NCBI GenBank assembly: GCA_041656875.1
Contig: JBBACR010000002.1
Span: 8,084 to 72,083, forward strand
Reading direction: 5' to 3'
Source of the DNA: Candidatus Pacearchaeota archaeon
Lineage (GTDB): Archaea > Nanobdellota > Nanobdellia > Pacearchaeales > GW2011-AR1
DNA length: 64,000 nt
The notes beneath the pieces were generated by a model. It saw only the letters and a list, made by a program, of their open reading frames with translations, was not told the origin of the DNA and searched no databases. The first letter of the stretch is position 1; the number at the start of each line of letters is the position of its first letter. Below, one piece after another: positions 25,327 through 34,109 of this stretch. The translations under genes and the position numbers were made by a program.

Positions 25327-25935
25327 ATGCTTAAATCCGAAATGTTTAAGATTGTAAAGGAATTGTCTTTTGATGAAAAAAGGATTGTTTTTAAAAAAGG
25401 TAATACTGAAATATTGCTTCTTAGGCCATCCAAACTTTCAGCTAGATTCAAGGATTATGATGTTAATAAAAATTTTCAGATATGGTTGAAAGAAGGAGAC
25501 CGAGAATTTCGCCCAAATCATTTGAGAGTCATGATAGACTTAAATCTGCGAGTTAGGAGCCGCCAGGATTTAAAGAGAGATTTGTTGCTTGCTTTTGACA
25601 ATATTTTTTATGGAAAAGATCCTGAAAAGGAACTTTTGAAATTATCCAAGGAAAAATTTGAGCATTACTTAAATGATTTAGTTATTATTGGAGTTCTTGC
25701 ACAGTTATTTATTCTTGAACAAGAGTATGGTTACCATAAAGAAAGCATGTTTGAACCCCCGACTTTATTTTTTCAGGGATGGATAAGGGAGTTTATTGAT
25801 AACCCTAAAGAGATAGACAATTTATGTATGAGTGTTTGTAATGGACAACCTCCAATCACAAAATATGTTAATTGTGAAAACAAGAAACATAGAATGTATG
25901 TTAGGGAAAATCCCTCACTTTGGTATCTATCTTAG
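25327..25935 (+). CDS. Hypothetical protein (possible restriction partner of the adjacent methylase)
   Basis: 202-aa ORF convergent with, and 8 nt from, the Dam-like methylase gene. No nuclease motif is securely recognised. Confidence 0.45.
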   Translation: MLKSEMFKIVKELSFDEKRIVFKKGNTEILLLRPSKLSARFKDYDVNKNFQIWLKEGDREFRPNHLRVMIDLNLRVRSRQDLKRDLLLAFDNIFYGKDPEKELLKLSKEKFEHYLNDLVIIGVLAQLFILEQEYGYHKESMFEPPTLFFQGWIREFIDNPKEIDNLCMSVCNGQPPITKYVNCENKKHRMYVRENPSLWYLS

Positions 25936-25943
25936 CTAAGAAT

Positions 25944-26780
25944 TTAGTCCTGTATTGAATAATTTGTAATAACTACTTCACTTATTTGTCCTCTTTTTGT
26001 TGCATCACAATTAATCATTCTTGTAGCTTTTACAAAGTGGATATTATAGTCTTTATATAAATTTTTTATAAACTTACTATCACTATTACTTAACATAACT
26101 TTACAACCTCTTTTGTCTAATTCTTTGAATATTTCTGCTAACCTTTCTTGCTCTTTTTCTAAAAAATTATCCTTTGTGTAGGTTGTGAAGCTTTCTTTTT
26201 TTAATGGATAATAAGGAGGATCAAAGTAAATAAAATCTCCTTTCTTGGCTTCTTTTACAGCTTTATCAAATTGACTTACTTTTATATCATCTTTTTTCAA
26301 AAGATTTGATATTTCTCTTAAATCTTCTTCATTACAGATTCCAGGATTCTTATAACTTCCAATCGGAACATTAAATCCTCCTTTAGAATTTACTCGATAC
26401 AATCCATTAAAACAAGTCTTATTCAAATAGATGAACCTTGCTGCAATTTGAACTGAAGTTAATTTCTTTGTATCTAGTTCCCTCATTTTATAATAAAACT
26501 CTTTATCATGTTTTAGTTTGTATTCTTTCAATAAACTGATTAACTCACCTATATTGTTTTTTACTTCATTATATGTTAGAATTAATTCTTCATTGATATC
26601 AGATAGATAAATTTTCTTTATTTCAGGATGGTTTTTAAGAAGAAAGAATGCTACAGTTCCACCTCCCACAAAAGGTTCAAAATAAGTTTCTATTTTCTTT
26701 GGAAAGAATTTTTCAAATTGTTCTAAAAGTTGTTTCTTTCCACCTGCCCATTTTATCAATGAAGGTACCCCTTTTTTCAT
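25944..26780 (-). CDS. dam: Dam-family N6-adenine DNA methyltransferase
   Basis: IKWAGGKKQLL, the FEPFVGGGTV SAM motif, and the DPPY catalytic motif. Confidence 0.9.
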   Translation of the reverse strand: MKKGVPSLIKWAGGKKQLLEQFEKFFPKKIETYFEPFVGGGTVAFFLLKNHPEIKKIYLSDINEELILTYNEVKNNIGELISLLKEYKLKHDKEFYYKMRELDTKKLTSVQIAARFIYLNKTCFNGLYRVNSKGGFNVPIGSYKNPGICNEEDLREISNLLKKDDIKVSQFDKAVKEAKKGDFIYFDPPYYPLKKESFTTYTKDNFLEKEQERLAEIFKELDKRGCKVMLSNSDSKFIKNLYKDYNIHFVKATRMINCDATKRGQISEVVITNYSIQD

Positions 26781-26924
26781 ATGCTATCCTCCTTTTAATT
26801 ATCTAATTTTAGTTTATAGATCTTTGGGTATTTAAATAAATTCCAAGATAGGGATAAATGCGAAAAGTGGGGAATAAAATATTTTATAGAACTCTTTTAA
26901 TTATTCGGCTTACCGCCTATCTTC

Positions 26925-27338
26925 TTATCTGAATGACTTCTGTCTTTTACTTCTTGCTCTTGAGTCACCAGGTTTGTTAGCTTCTTTTCTTCTAGTATCT
27001 GCAACAAGAAGATTTTTATCATATTTAATAAACGCTTTCTTTAGTTCTTCTGATTTTGTGAACTTAATAATGGCTCTTGCTATTGCAAGTCTTGATGCAT
27101 GGATTTGACTTTCTTGACCACCGCTTTTTACATTAACTCTTATATCAAAGTCAAATTTACCTAGGACTTTTTTTGTTATTTCAATAGGTTCTTGTATCAT
27201 TAGTTTTTTGAAAAAATCAAGATTTTCATAAGGTACTTTATTAATAGTAACCATCCCATTTCCACTTACGATTGTAGCTTTAGCTATTGCTGTTTTTCTC
27301 TTTCCTCCAACCATTATTGCTTTTTGTATGTGTCCCAT
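26925..27338 (-). CDS. rps9: 30S ribosomal protein S9 (uS9)
   Basis: GGKRKTAIAKA..., ending SRARSKRQKSFR. Confidence 0.95.
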   Translation of the reverse strand: MGHIQKAIMVGGKRKTAIAKATIVSGNGMVTINKVPYENLDFFKKLMIQEPIEITKKVLGKFDFDIRVNVKSGGQESQIHASRLAIARAIIKFTKSEELKKAFIKYDKNLLVADTRRKEANKPGDSRARSKRQKSFR

Positions 27339-27352
27339 TTTATTTTTAAATT

Positions 27353-27751
27353 TTATAACTTATCTGAAATTTCTTTGAGTTTAAGTCCTTGCTTTTTACT
27401 TTCAAATTTAATTGCTTTTTCTTTTGCATATTCTTCAGGTATTCCTTCATAACATTTTATTTTTTCAAATGCTTGTTTTCCAATTCCCCATCTATAGTTT
27501 GGAAGCATTCCCCTTATTGCTCGTTTAAGCATCATCTTACTAAGTCTTGGATAATGGGGTCCTTTTCTAGAAGCTCCGCCTCTTGCTTTTTTTACCCTAT
27601 AATGATTTAGAATATCTGCTTTATTTCCAGTAATTATTGTTTTTTCAGAGTTGATTATAATTATCTCATTTCCTTCAAGAGCTTGTTTTGCAACATAACT
27701 GCAAAGTCTTCCAAAGATTGCTCCTGTTCCATCAATTATTATTTTTGCCAT
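27353..27751 (-). CDS. rpl13: 50S ribosomal protein L13 (uL13)
   Basis: IIDGTGAIFGRL...VAKQALEG...IINSEK pattern. Position fits the conserved cluster. Confidence 0.95.
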   Translation of the reverse strand: MAKIIIDGTGAIFGRLCSYVAKQALEGNEIIIINSEKTIITGNKADILNHYRVKKARGGASRKGPHYPRLSKMMLKRAIRGMLPNYRWGIGKQAFEKIKCYEGIPEEYAKEKAIKFESKKQGLKLKEISDKL

Positions 27752-27758
27752 GTTTTAT

Positions 27759-28115
27759 TTATAATATTTTTACTCCTTTAAGTGTAGGGTTATCTTCAAT
27801 TTCTTGATTTATTGATTTAAATTCACAGCCTGCTTTTTTAAGTTTTTCTTTAGCTTGCTGTGAAAATCCAAGTGCAGCAATGCTTATTTTTTTATTTATA
27901 ATTCCTTGGCCTAAAACTCTTCCAACAATTAATACTTGTTTATCTTCAAGTTCATTTAATTGATTCATATTAATGTTTTTTTGCTTTCTTGAAGGGCCAG
28001 ATAACTTTCTAGCAAGATCAAGCAAATTATTTTTTTTAGCAAGATTTATTGTTCTTACTAAATACAAATTTGTTTTGCTTTTTACTCTCTTACTTATTTG
28101 ATTTTTTGTTATCAT
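27759..28115 (-). CDS. rpl18e: 50S ribosomal protein L18e (eL18)
   Basis: VGRVLGQG...ISIAALGFSQQAKEKLKKAGCE. Position fits the conserved cluster. Confidence 0.9.
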   Translation of the reverse strand: MITKNQISKRVKSKTNLYLVRTINLAKKNNLLDLARKLSGPSRKQKNINMNQLNELEDKQVLIVGRVLGQGIINKKISIAALGFSQQAKEKLKKAGCEFKSINQEIEDNPTLKGVKIL

Positions 28116-28152
28116 TTTTGTGTTTTTTTGATTTATTATTTTATTTTTATTA

Positions 28153-28236
28153 TGCGGGAAGAAGGATTTGAACCTTCGAAGGCACTAAGCCAATAGCTCC
28201 TTAAGCTATCCCATTTGACCGCTCTGGCATCCCCGC
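28153..28236 (-). tRNA. tRNA-Leu (hand-folded anticodon reads AAG; long variable arm)
   Basis: GCGGGGA acceptor stem, anticodon stem ATAGC/GCTAT with loop TTAAGGA, long variable arm, T-arm GAAGG-TTCAAAT-CCTTC. Confidence 0.85.
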
Positions 28237-28268
28237 ATATCGTTTGAATAATTGAAGATGAGCAGTAT

Positions 28269-28934
28269 TTATTTAAGCGCTTTATCCAGCTGTTCTAGAT
28301 TTTCATCTAGAGCCTCTATTGCTCTTAGGAATATGTCTTTTGCTTTTAATTGTCCCCAAGATTCAATTTCGAAAATTATCTCATTTGCTTCCTTAAGCTT
28401 TTTTATCTTACTCATAAGTTCTTCTGGAAGTAATCTTTCTTTTAAGTCAGCTTCATCATAAGTTATCTTTCCATCTTCATCAACACTTACAAAATCAATT
28501 AATTCAGGATCAATATCATGTTTGTAATAAATAAGTCCCGGTGAATATTTTATGTGATCAACTCCTTTTCCAAGATTTGCATCAGCAACTATTTCAAGTT
28601 CTTGGTCTTTGTCTAGTATAACAATTGGAAGTTTGTAATCTGTTTCAACTGAAGGAGTAATCTCTGTTGAATAAACTGTTCTCGGTCCAACTGCTTTTAA
28701 TTTGAATTTTTGTTCCTTACTTGTTTTGTCTGTCTTTATTGGAACAAGTCCAAGTCTGTGCGCAATTATTTCATCATAAAGTGCAGAATCATTCTTATGT
28801 ATTTCTATTTCATCTATAGCCATTATAGGAATTTCAAGCGAACTTCTTCTTACTGCATTTGCAAGACTCGATGACATATCTGTAACAAAACTAAGCTTTT
28901 GTTCTTTTTCATTTGAATTTTTTATTTTTATCAT
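28269..28934 (-). CDS. rpoD: DNA-directed RNA polymerase subunit D (Rpo3), Cys-free form
   Basis: ANAVRRSSLEIPIMAID and HRLGLVPI motifs. Position between S11 and L18e. The 221 aa contain no cysteine, so there is no Fe-S domain. Confidence 0.9.
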   Translation of the reverse strand: MIKIKNSNEKEQKLSFVTDMSSSLANAVRRSSLEIPIMAIDEIEIHKNDSALYDEIIAHRLGLVPIKTDKTSKEQKFKLKAVGPRTVYSTEITPSVETDYKLPIVILDKDQELEIVADANLGKGVDHIKYSPGLIYYKHDIDPELIDFVSVDEDGKITYDEADLKERLLPEELMSKIKKLKEANEIIFEIESWGQLKAKDIFLRAIEALDENLEQLDKALK

Positions 28935-29042
28935 TGTATATTTTGTATTTGTTTATTTTTAAACCTTTATTATTTATTTAACTTTTTTTAATGAATTTAC
29001 TTCATTAAAAAAAGCAAAACTATTCTCGCCATCAGGCGATTT

Positions 29043-29558
29043 TTAAACTCTTCTTCCTCTTCTACCGCCTTTAGCCTTAGGACCTCCCCTTGCTATTCTT
29101 GTAGTATCCATTACACTTATTATTTTGAATCCTGCTCTTGTAAGTGCCTTTATTGCACTATGTGCTCCAGGGCCAGGATTTGTTTGTCCAGTTTCCGATC
29201 TTATTCTAACGTAAAAACCAGTTATCCCATTATCTTTTGCTTCTTCAGAGATTCTCTGTGCAATAAACATTGCAATAGTGGGATTAGCTTTAAGTCTGCT
29301 TTGTTTTGTTGATTGTCCACCTGAAAATTTTACAATACTGTTTCCAGCAAGATCTGTTAAATTAATTATAGTATTATTAAATGTAGTATAAATACTAAGT
29401 ATCGCAATTCTTTCTTCTTTATCTTTTCTTTTTTCAACAACATGTTCTTCTGTTTTTACTACCTTTGTTTCTCCAAGTCTTTCTTTTAATTTTTCAACTT
29501 TCTCTTCTATCTTTTGTTTTTTGAGTTCAAGTTCTTGTTTTGTTATTTCGTCTGTCAT
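29043..29558 (-). CDS. rps11: 30S ribosomal protein S11 (uS11) with K/E-rich N-terminal extension
   Basis: Conserved core (ILSIYTTFNNTIINLTD...) preceded by about 45 aa of K/E-rich sequence. The ATG abuts the S4 stop. Confidence 0.9.
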   Translation of the reverse strand: MTDEITKQELELKKQKIEEKVEKLKERLGETKVVKTEEHVVEKRKDKEERIAILSIYTTFNNTIINLTDLAGNSIVKFSGGQSTKQSRLKANPTIAMFIAQRISEEAKDNGITGFYVRIRSETGQTNPGPGAHSAIKALTRAGFKIISVMDTTRIARGGPKAKGGRRGRRV

Positions 29559-29559
29559 T

Positions 29560-30096
29560 TTATGCTGTTATTTCCTCTTCTATTTTTTCATTTTCAATAT
29601 CTTCTTTTATAACTTCTTCTTTGGATTTTTTAGGCGTTTTTATTTTAAGGACTATATTTAATTTTATTTGAGATTCTTCCTCAAGCGAAACCATATAAGA
29701 TGGAATATTAACGATTTGGTCTCCAATTGAAACATGTTTGTGAGTTATTAATTGTCTTGCTTGTTTTGCAGTGGTAGTAAGTTTTTTTGCATGAACAACT
29801 GTTTGAAGTCTTCTCTTTAGCCAATCTTCTTTGTTAAGTGCAAGTGCATCTGCAATGCTGTTTACATTAAAACCTTTTTTATGAAGTCTTTCAATAAATT
29901 CGTTTTTTTCAACATCAGATTTTGTAATCAATTCTTTTGCAAGATTTCTTATTCTTGCAATTGAAGCATCTGCTTTCCAAATCTCTCTTTTATTTTTTAG
30001 TCCATAGGTTTCTCTAATGACGTTTTCTGCTTCTATTCTCGGTTTATCAAAAGGCTTTCTTGGCCTTGAATATGTTTTTCTATTTCTTTTTGGCAT
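29560..30096 (-). CDS. rps4: 30S ribosomal protein S4 (uS4)
   Basis: MPKRNRKTYSRPRKPFDK...YGLKNKREIWKA. It carries an acidic C-terminal tail. Confidence 0.95.
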   Translation of the reverse strand: MPKRNRKTYSRPRKPFDKPRIEAENVIRETYGLKNKREIWKADASIARIRNLAKELITKSDVEKNEFIERLHKKGFNVNSIADALALNKEDWLKRRLQTVVHAKKLTTTAKQARQLITHKHVSIGDQIVNIPSYMVSLEEESQIKLNIVLKIKTPKKSKEEVIKEDIENEKIEEEITA

Positions 30097-30114
30097 TTTT
30101 TATTTTTTTAAAAT

Positions 30115-30645
30115 TTATTTTTTCTTCGCTGGTGCTGGTTTCTTTTTCTGAACTCCAACAGCCCTTTTCTTTCCTTTTGTTCTAAAGTGGCTCTTTGTTC
30201 TTTGTCCTCTAGTAGGTTGTCCAGTAGCATGTCTAAGTCCTCTGTATGATCTTATTTTCTTGAGCCTTCTTATATCTAACTCTTTTTTCATATCTAAATT
30301 TGCTCCAGTTAAATGAAAATCTTTTCCAGTTTCAAAATCTTTTCTTCTATTTAAAAGAAAATTTGGAACTTTTCCTTCAAGACTTCCAAGTGTAGCAATG
30401 AGTGACTCAATTTCTTGAGGTGTTAGTTCAGTTATTTTTTTATTAGGGTCGAGTTTGAGTATTCTGCATAATGCATTTGAAATGCTCCAAGAAACTCCCT
30501 TTAAGTAAGTAAGCCCTGTAAGAACATTTTTATTTCCAGGAATATCTGTCTGCATAACTCTAACTATTGAATAATATTCTTTCTTAACTTCAGGTCTTGC
30601 CTTAGGTTTTTCTTCCTTGTCTGTTTTTATATGTTTTTCTGCCAT
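30115..30645 (-). CDS. rps13: 30S ribosomal protein S13 (uS13)
   Basis: IVRVMQTDIPGNK...RGLRHATGQPTRGQRTKS. Confidence 0.95.
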   Translation of the reverse strand: MAEKHIKTDKEEKPKARPEVKKEYYSIVRVMQTDIPGNKNVLTGLTYLKGVSWSISNALCRILKLDPNKKITELTPQEIESLIATLGSLEGKVPNFLLNRRKDFETGKDFHLTGANLDMKKELDIRRLKKIRSYRGLRHATGQPTRGQRTKSHFRTKGKKRAVGVQKKKPAPAKKK

Positions 30646-30653
30646 TGTTGTTT

Positions 30654-31205
30654 TTATTGTGCGGATATAAATAAATAATATTTTTGTTTATTTACTATTT
30701 CTTCCATGAGTCTTTTTTCTACAGCTTTTTTTGGATCCGGTAAATTTGAAACCCTTTCCTTTAAGTCTTCCAAAGACTCAAAAGGCTTTTTATTTCTTTC
30801 GGTAATTATTGCTTCAGTATGTTTTCTTCCAAATCCTGGCAATAGTTCAAATTGATGGATTCTTGTATTTATTGCTGTAGCATTATTAAAAAAGTCCACA
30901 AACTTTTTTTGATTGCCTGTAACTTCCTTTTCAATAAAATCCCCTAACTGTTGTTTTGCAGTTTCGGTTAATTTATCTTCAGGTAACCTTCCAAGAATAT
31001 AATAAATCTTGTCTCTCTTACCTTCTCCGATATAGGCATCTTCACCCACTTCAAGTTTAATTCCTCTTCGCGGAATTAATTGAAGTAATGTAAACTTCTT
31101 AACTCCTATAGCTTGAGCTATAGGCATCATTTTCTTCTCGAGTGGATAACCATAAGGTAAATAATCTAGGATTATGGCGTGTTCTTCTTTCTCTATCATT
31201 TTCAT
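30654..31205 (-). CDS. DUF655-family nucleic-acid-binding protein (OB + HhH)
   Basis: HAIILDYLPYGYP...LLPGFGRKHTEAIITERNKKPF. The position after rpoF is the typical archaeal one. Confidence 0.75.
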   Translation of the reverse strand: MKMIEKEEHAIILDYLPYGYPLEKKMMPIAQAIGVKKFTLLQLIPRRGIKLEVGEDAYIGEGKRDKIYYILGRLPEDKLTETAKQQLGDFIEKEVTGNQKKFVDFFNNATAINTRIHQFELLPGFGRKHTEAIITERNKKPFESLEDLKERVSNLPDPKKAVEKRLMEEIVNKQKYYLFISAQ

Positions 31206-31516
31206 TATTTAGAGTTCTTAACGATCTCCAGTATTTTATTTGTTTCATCCTCGTTCAAGCTTATATCTACGAATATTTTATTTAATTCAGAAGCATCACT
31301 AGGGAGTAAATCCACTATCTTTATCACATGTTCTCTCTTCATTTTAAGTAAGTCTAATTTTTCAAGGTCTGCTTTAATCTTTTTTGCCTGTTCTGGTTTT
31401 GTCTTTAAAAATTTCTTTAAATATTCTTCAGTCTGCTGTTTCTTTTCAGTATCAGGCGTCTCTCTGATTATTTCTTCAACTTCATTCAAATTTATAGGTG
31501 TTCTGTCAAGTATCAT
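31205..31516 (-). CDS. rpoF: RNA polymerase subunit F (Rpo4)
   Basis: 103 aa, helical. It lies between L21e and DUF655, as in many archaea. Confidence 0.7.
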   Translation of the reverse strand: MILDRTPINLNEVEEIIRETPDTEKKQQTEEYLKKFLKTKPEQAKKIKADLEKLDLLKMKREHVIKIVDLLPSDASELNKIFVDISLNEDETNKILEIVKNSK

Positions 31517-31520
31517 TTTT

Positions 31521-31772
31521 TTATTTTAATTTTTTTAAGTGTACTGGATGAATTATATAAGTTTTTTCCTTATTTAAATCCTTTATATTTACAATATATG
31601 AACTTCCTCTTTTAGACTGCACTACTCCACATCTTCCTTGAATTTGTCTTGGAAACTTTGGTTGGACAGCAAGTTCTCTTACAACTGCAACCCGGTCTCC
31701 TTCCTTAAATTCTTGAAAGTAATTACTAAACTTTATTTTTCCATGTGTTCTTAATCGTTTTCGGCTTATCAT
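31521..31772 (-). CDS. rpl21e: 50S ribosomal protein L21e (eL21)
   Basis: RKRLRTHGKIKFSNYFQEFKEGDRVAV...GRCGVV. Confidence 0.9.
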   Translation of the reverse strand: MISRKRLRTHGKIKFSNYFQEFKEGDRVAVVRELAVQPKFPRQIQGRCGVVQSKRGSSYIVNIKDLNKEKTYIIHPVHLKKLK

Positions 31773-32053
31773 TTTTTATTTTTATAATATTTATTTTGGA
31801 GTCCACTAAGAATTCTTAAGGTTCTTTAGTGCTCAAATTTGGCCATTTAAGATAGCTGTTTTGCTATCCACTAATTACCATTTCTCTTAAAAACTATAGA
31901 AATAATGCATTTAAAAAGCTTTCCGATGTATTGTTTTCTAAAATAAGTAGTATAAATACCTTAAAACTTAAGTTATCCCTTAGTAAAATTAAAATTTATA
32001 ATAATTAAGACAGATTATCTAAATCAAGTAGTTCTTTTTTTTAGTATCTTTGA

Positions 32054-32224
32054 TTAATTTCCGTTTCCGCCTTGATCTAAGTCTCCTTTCCCTTGAGCTT
32101 CTTCCATGTTTCTTTTGATTGCAGGAAACATTTTTGGTCCCCACACACCAACTCCACATCTGTCGCAAACTTCAAGAGCTCGTCCATCAGAAATTTCACA
32201 TCGACAATAAGTACATTTTGCCAT
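32054..32224 (-). CDS. Zinc-ribbon mini-protein (below the track cutoff)
   Basis: My translation: MAKCTYCRCEISDGRALEVCDRCGVGVWGPKMFPAIKRNMEEAQGKGDLDQGGNGN (56 aa). Track ORF 32093..32296(+) is its antisense shadow. Confidence 0.45.
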   Translation of the reverse strand: MAKCTYCRCEISDGRALEVCDRCGVGVWGPKMFPAIKRNMEEAQGKGDLDQGGNGN

Positions 32225-32384
32225 TTTTTTTATCTCTTTTTAATTAATCAAATTAATTTTATCAAAGTTTATAAAGATTTCCACATCCGACTATAACTAT
32301 CTGAAATACTAAAAATAAATTCAAGAAAGTTTTTTAAATTGATTAATTCATAAAAATTTGAAGAGTTCTGTGATAACTTAGAAT

Positions 32385-32864
32385 ATGAAAAATAAAATAA
32401 TAATTCCAGAATCATCAGGATTTAACCCTCTTCATAATCGGAAAAAATATAGCGAGCGATTGTTAGAAAATTTAACCATTGCTCCGTTGGATATTTTAGC
32501 AATTGGTTCTTCTTGTCCAGCTGCATTTAAAGTTTATCCCAAATTAATGTTATCTCATTTTCCTAAATCTGGTTTTAATCATAGCTATTTTTCTATTTGT
32601 TTAGATGCCCAGCTTTATCAAATAGACTTTAAAGGAAGAACTGAATATAGGGTGGATAATCACACTTTTGGTAAAACTCTCAGATATTTGGTCTACTCAA
32701 ATAATCACCATATTGGAGGGTTAGGTTATTATGCAGATTCAGGCCATCAAGAGGTCCCTCGTATACATACAGGATCTTCTGGACATTTTTCATTTTTTCT
32801 CGCAGTATCGCCAAAGCAGCTTGTGGATGTTAAAGGGAATCCCTTATTTCCAGAACTTGTCTAA
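32385..32864 (+). CDS. Hypothetical protein
   Basis: 159-aa ORF. No domain recognised. Confidence 0.4.
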   Translation: MKNKIIIPESSGFNPLHNRKKYSERLLENLTIAPLDILAIGSSCPAAFKVYPKLMLSHFPKSGFNHSYFSICLDAQLYQIDFKGRTEYRVDNHTFGKTLRYLVYSNNHHIGGLGYYADSGHQEVPRIHTGSSGHFSFFLAVSPKQLVDVKGNPLFPELV

Positions 32865-32894
32865 TATTTCATATAGATTAAGACTTTTTTCTTT

Positions 32895-34109
32895 CTATTC
32901 ATATCTAAGGGTATCAGCCGGTTTTATCTTTGATGCTTGTCTTGCAGGTAAAAGTCCTGAGAGTGCTCCTGCTAAAAATGCAAATAACATGCACCCTAGA
33001 ACAAGATACCACGGGGTTGCTATTTTTAGAATTGTAGTTTGAAGTTGAGTAACTGCAATATATTCAATTATTTTTCCAACAACAAATCCTAGGCTAATGC
33101 CCAGAAGTCCTCCAACAAGTCCAAGAATTCCTGATTCAATCATGAATATAGTTAATATATCTGAATTTTTTGCTCCAATTGCTTTCATAACTCCAATTTC
33201 TTTTGTTCTTTCAAGAACTGAAGTATACATTGTATTTGCAATTCCAACAGCTCCAACAAAAAGTGAAATTGCTGCAACCCCTAGTAAAAATGCAGTGACT
33301 ATATTAAGAATTGTAGCAAAGCTGTTTAAGAGTTCTTCAGGGGTGTATAAGTCAAAGTCTATTGTTTTTTCAGTAACATCTCGAAAGTTTATTAATTTTC
33401 TTTTTGTATCTGCTGCAACGGTTTTAATATCCTGCCCCTCTTTTATTTGTACTGCAATATAGTCTACTCTTTCTCCTGAATTAAACAATGCCTTTGCATC
33501 ATCAAATGTTATATAGACTTGTTGATCATCTTGAGGATTACCTATTTGAGTTAAAATTCCAACAACATCAAACTCAACATCGTTTAGAGTAATAGTATCT
33601 CCCACTTTAACCGGTTTGTCATATAAATTTGCATATTTGTAACTATATCCTAAAACAATTTTTTTTGAGTCTCCTTCTCTTAAAAACCTGCCTTCATCAA
33701 CCTTTACATTAAATGCTTCAAGTGTCATATCAAGTAATTTTCTTTCACTAGGCAAACCCATAACCATGTAATATCTGCTTTTTTTTCTATAGGTTATTTT
33801 TGCATTTCCCATATTAAATCCAACAACTTCTTTTACCCCTGAAACTTTTTCGATTGTTCTAACATCTTCATTGGTGAGTTCTACAGCACCCCCTCCACCA
33901 AACCCTGCCTGCCCTTTAGGCATTATAAAGAACTTATCAGCTCCAAGTTGCTCAAACTGATCCTTAATCGCATTGTTTAGCCCAATAGAGAGACTGATAA
34001 GAACAAATATTGTTGCAATTGAGATAAATATTCCAACTATTGTAAGCGAGCTTCTAAGTCTTTTTTTAACTAGATTTCTACTTGCTAGTGTAAAATAATC
34101 TTGAATCAT
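32895..34109 (-). CDS. ABC transporter permease, MacB/FtsX-type
   Basis: N-terminal TM, a large extracytoplasmic domain, and a C-terminal FtsX-like 3-TM bundle (TSVLERTKEIGVMKAIGA). Confidence 0.9.
   Translation of the reverse strand: MIQDYFTLASRNLVKKRLRSSLTIVGIFISIATIFVLISLSIGLNNAIKDQFEQLGADKFFIMPKGQAGFGGGGAVELTNEDVRTIEKVSGVKEVVGFNMGNAKITYRKKSRYYMVMGLPSERKLLDMTLEAFNVKVDEGRFLREGDSKKIVLGYSYKYANLYDKPVKVGDTITLNDVEFDVVGILTQIGNPQDDQQVYITFDDAKALFNSGERVDYIAVQIKEGQDIKTVAADTKRKLINFRDVTEKTIDFDLYTPEELLNSFATILNIVTAFLLGVAAISLFVGAVGIANTMYTSVLERTKEIGVMKAIGAKNSDILTIFMIESGILGLVGGLLGISLGFVVGKIIEYIAVTQLQTTILKIATPWYLVLGCMLFAFLAGALSGLLPARQASKIKPADTLRYE

Noticed and set aside
32731-33042. 103-aa ORF bridging the end of 32385..32864 and the permease gene
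   Set aside because: It overlaps two better-supported ORFs in other frames or on the other strand, and its translation has no features.
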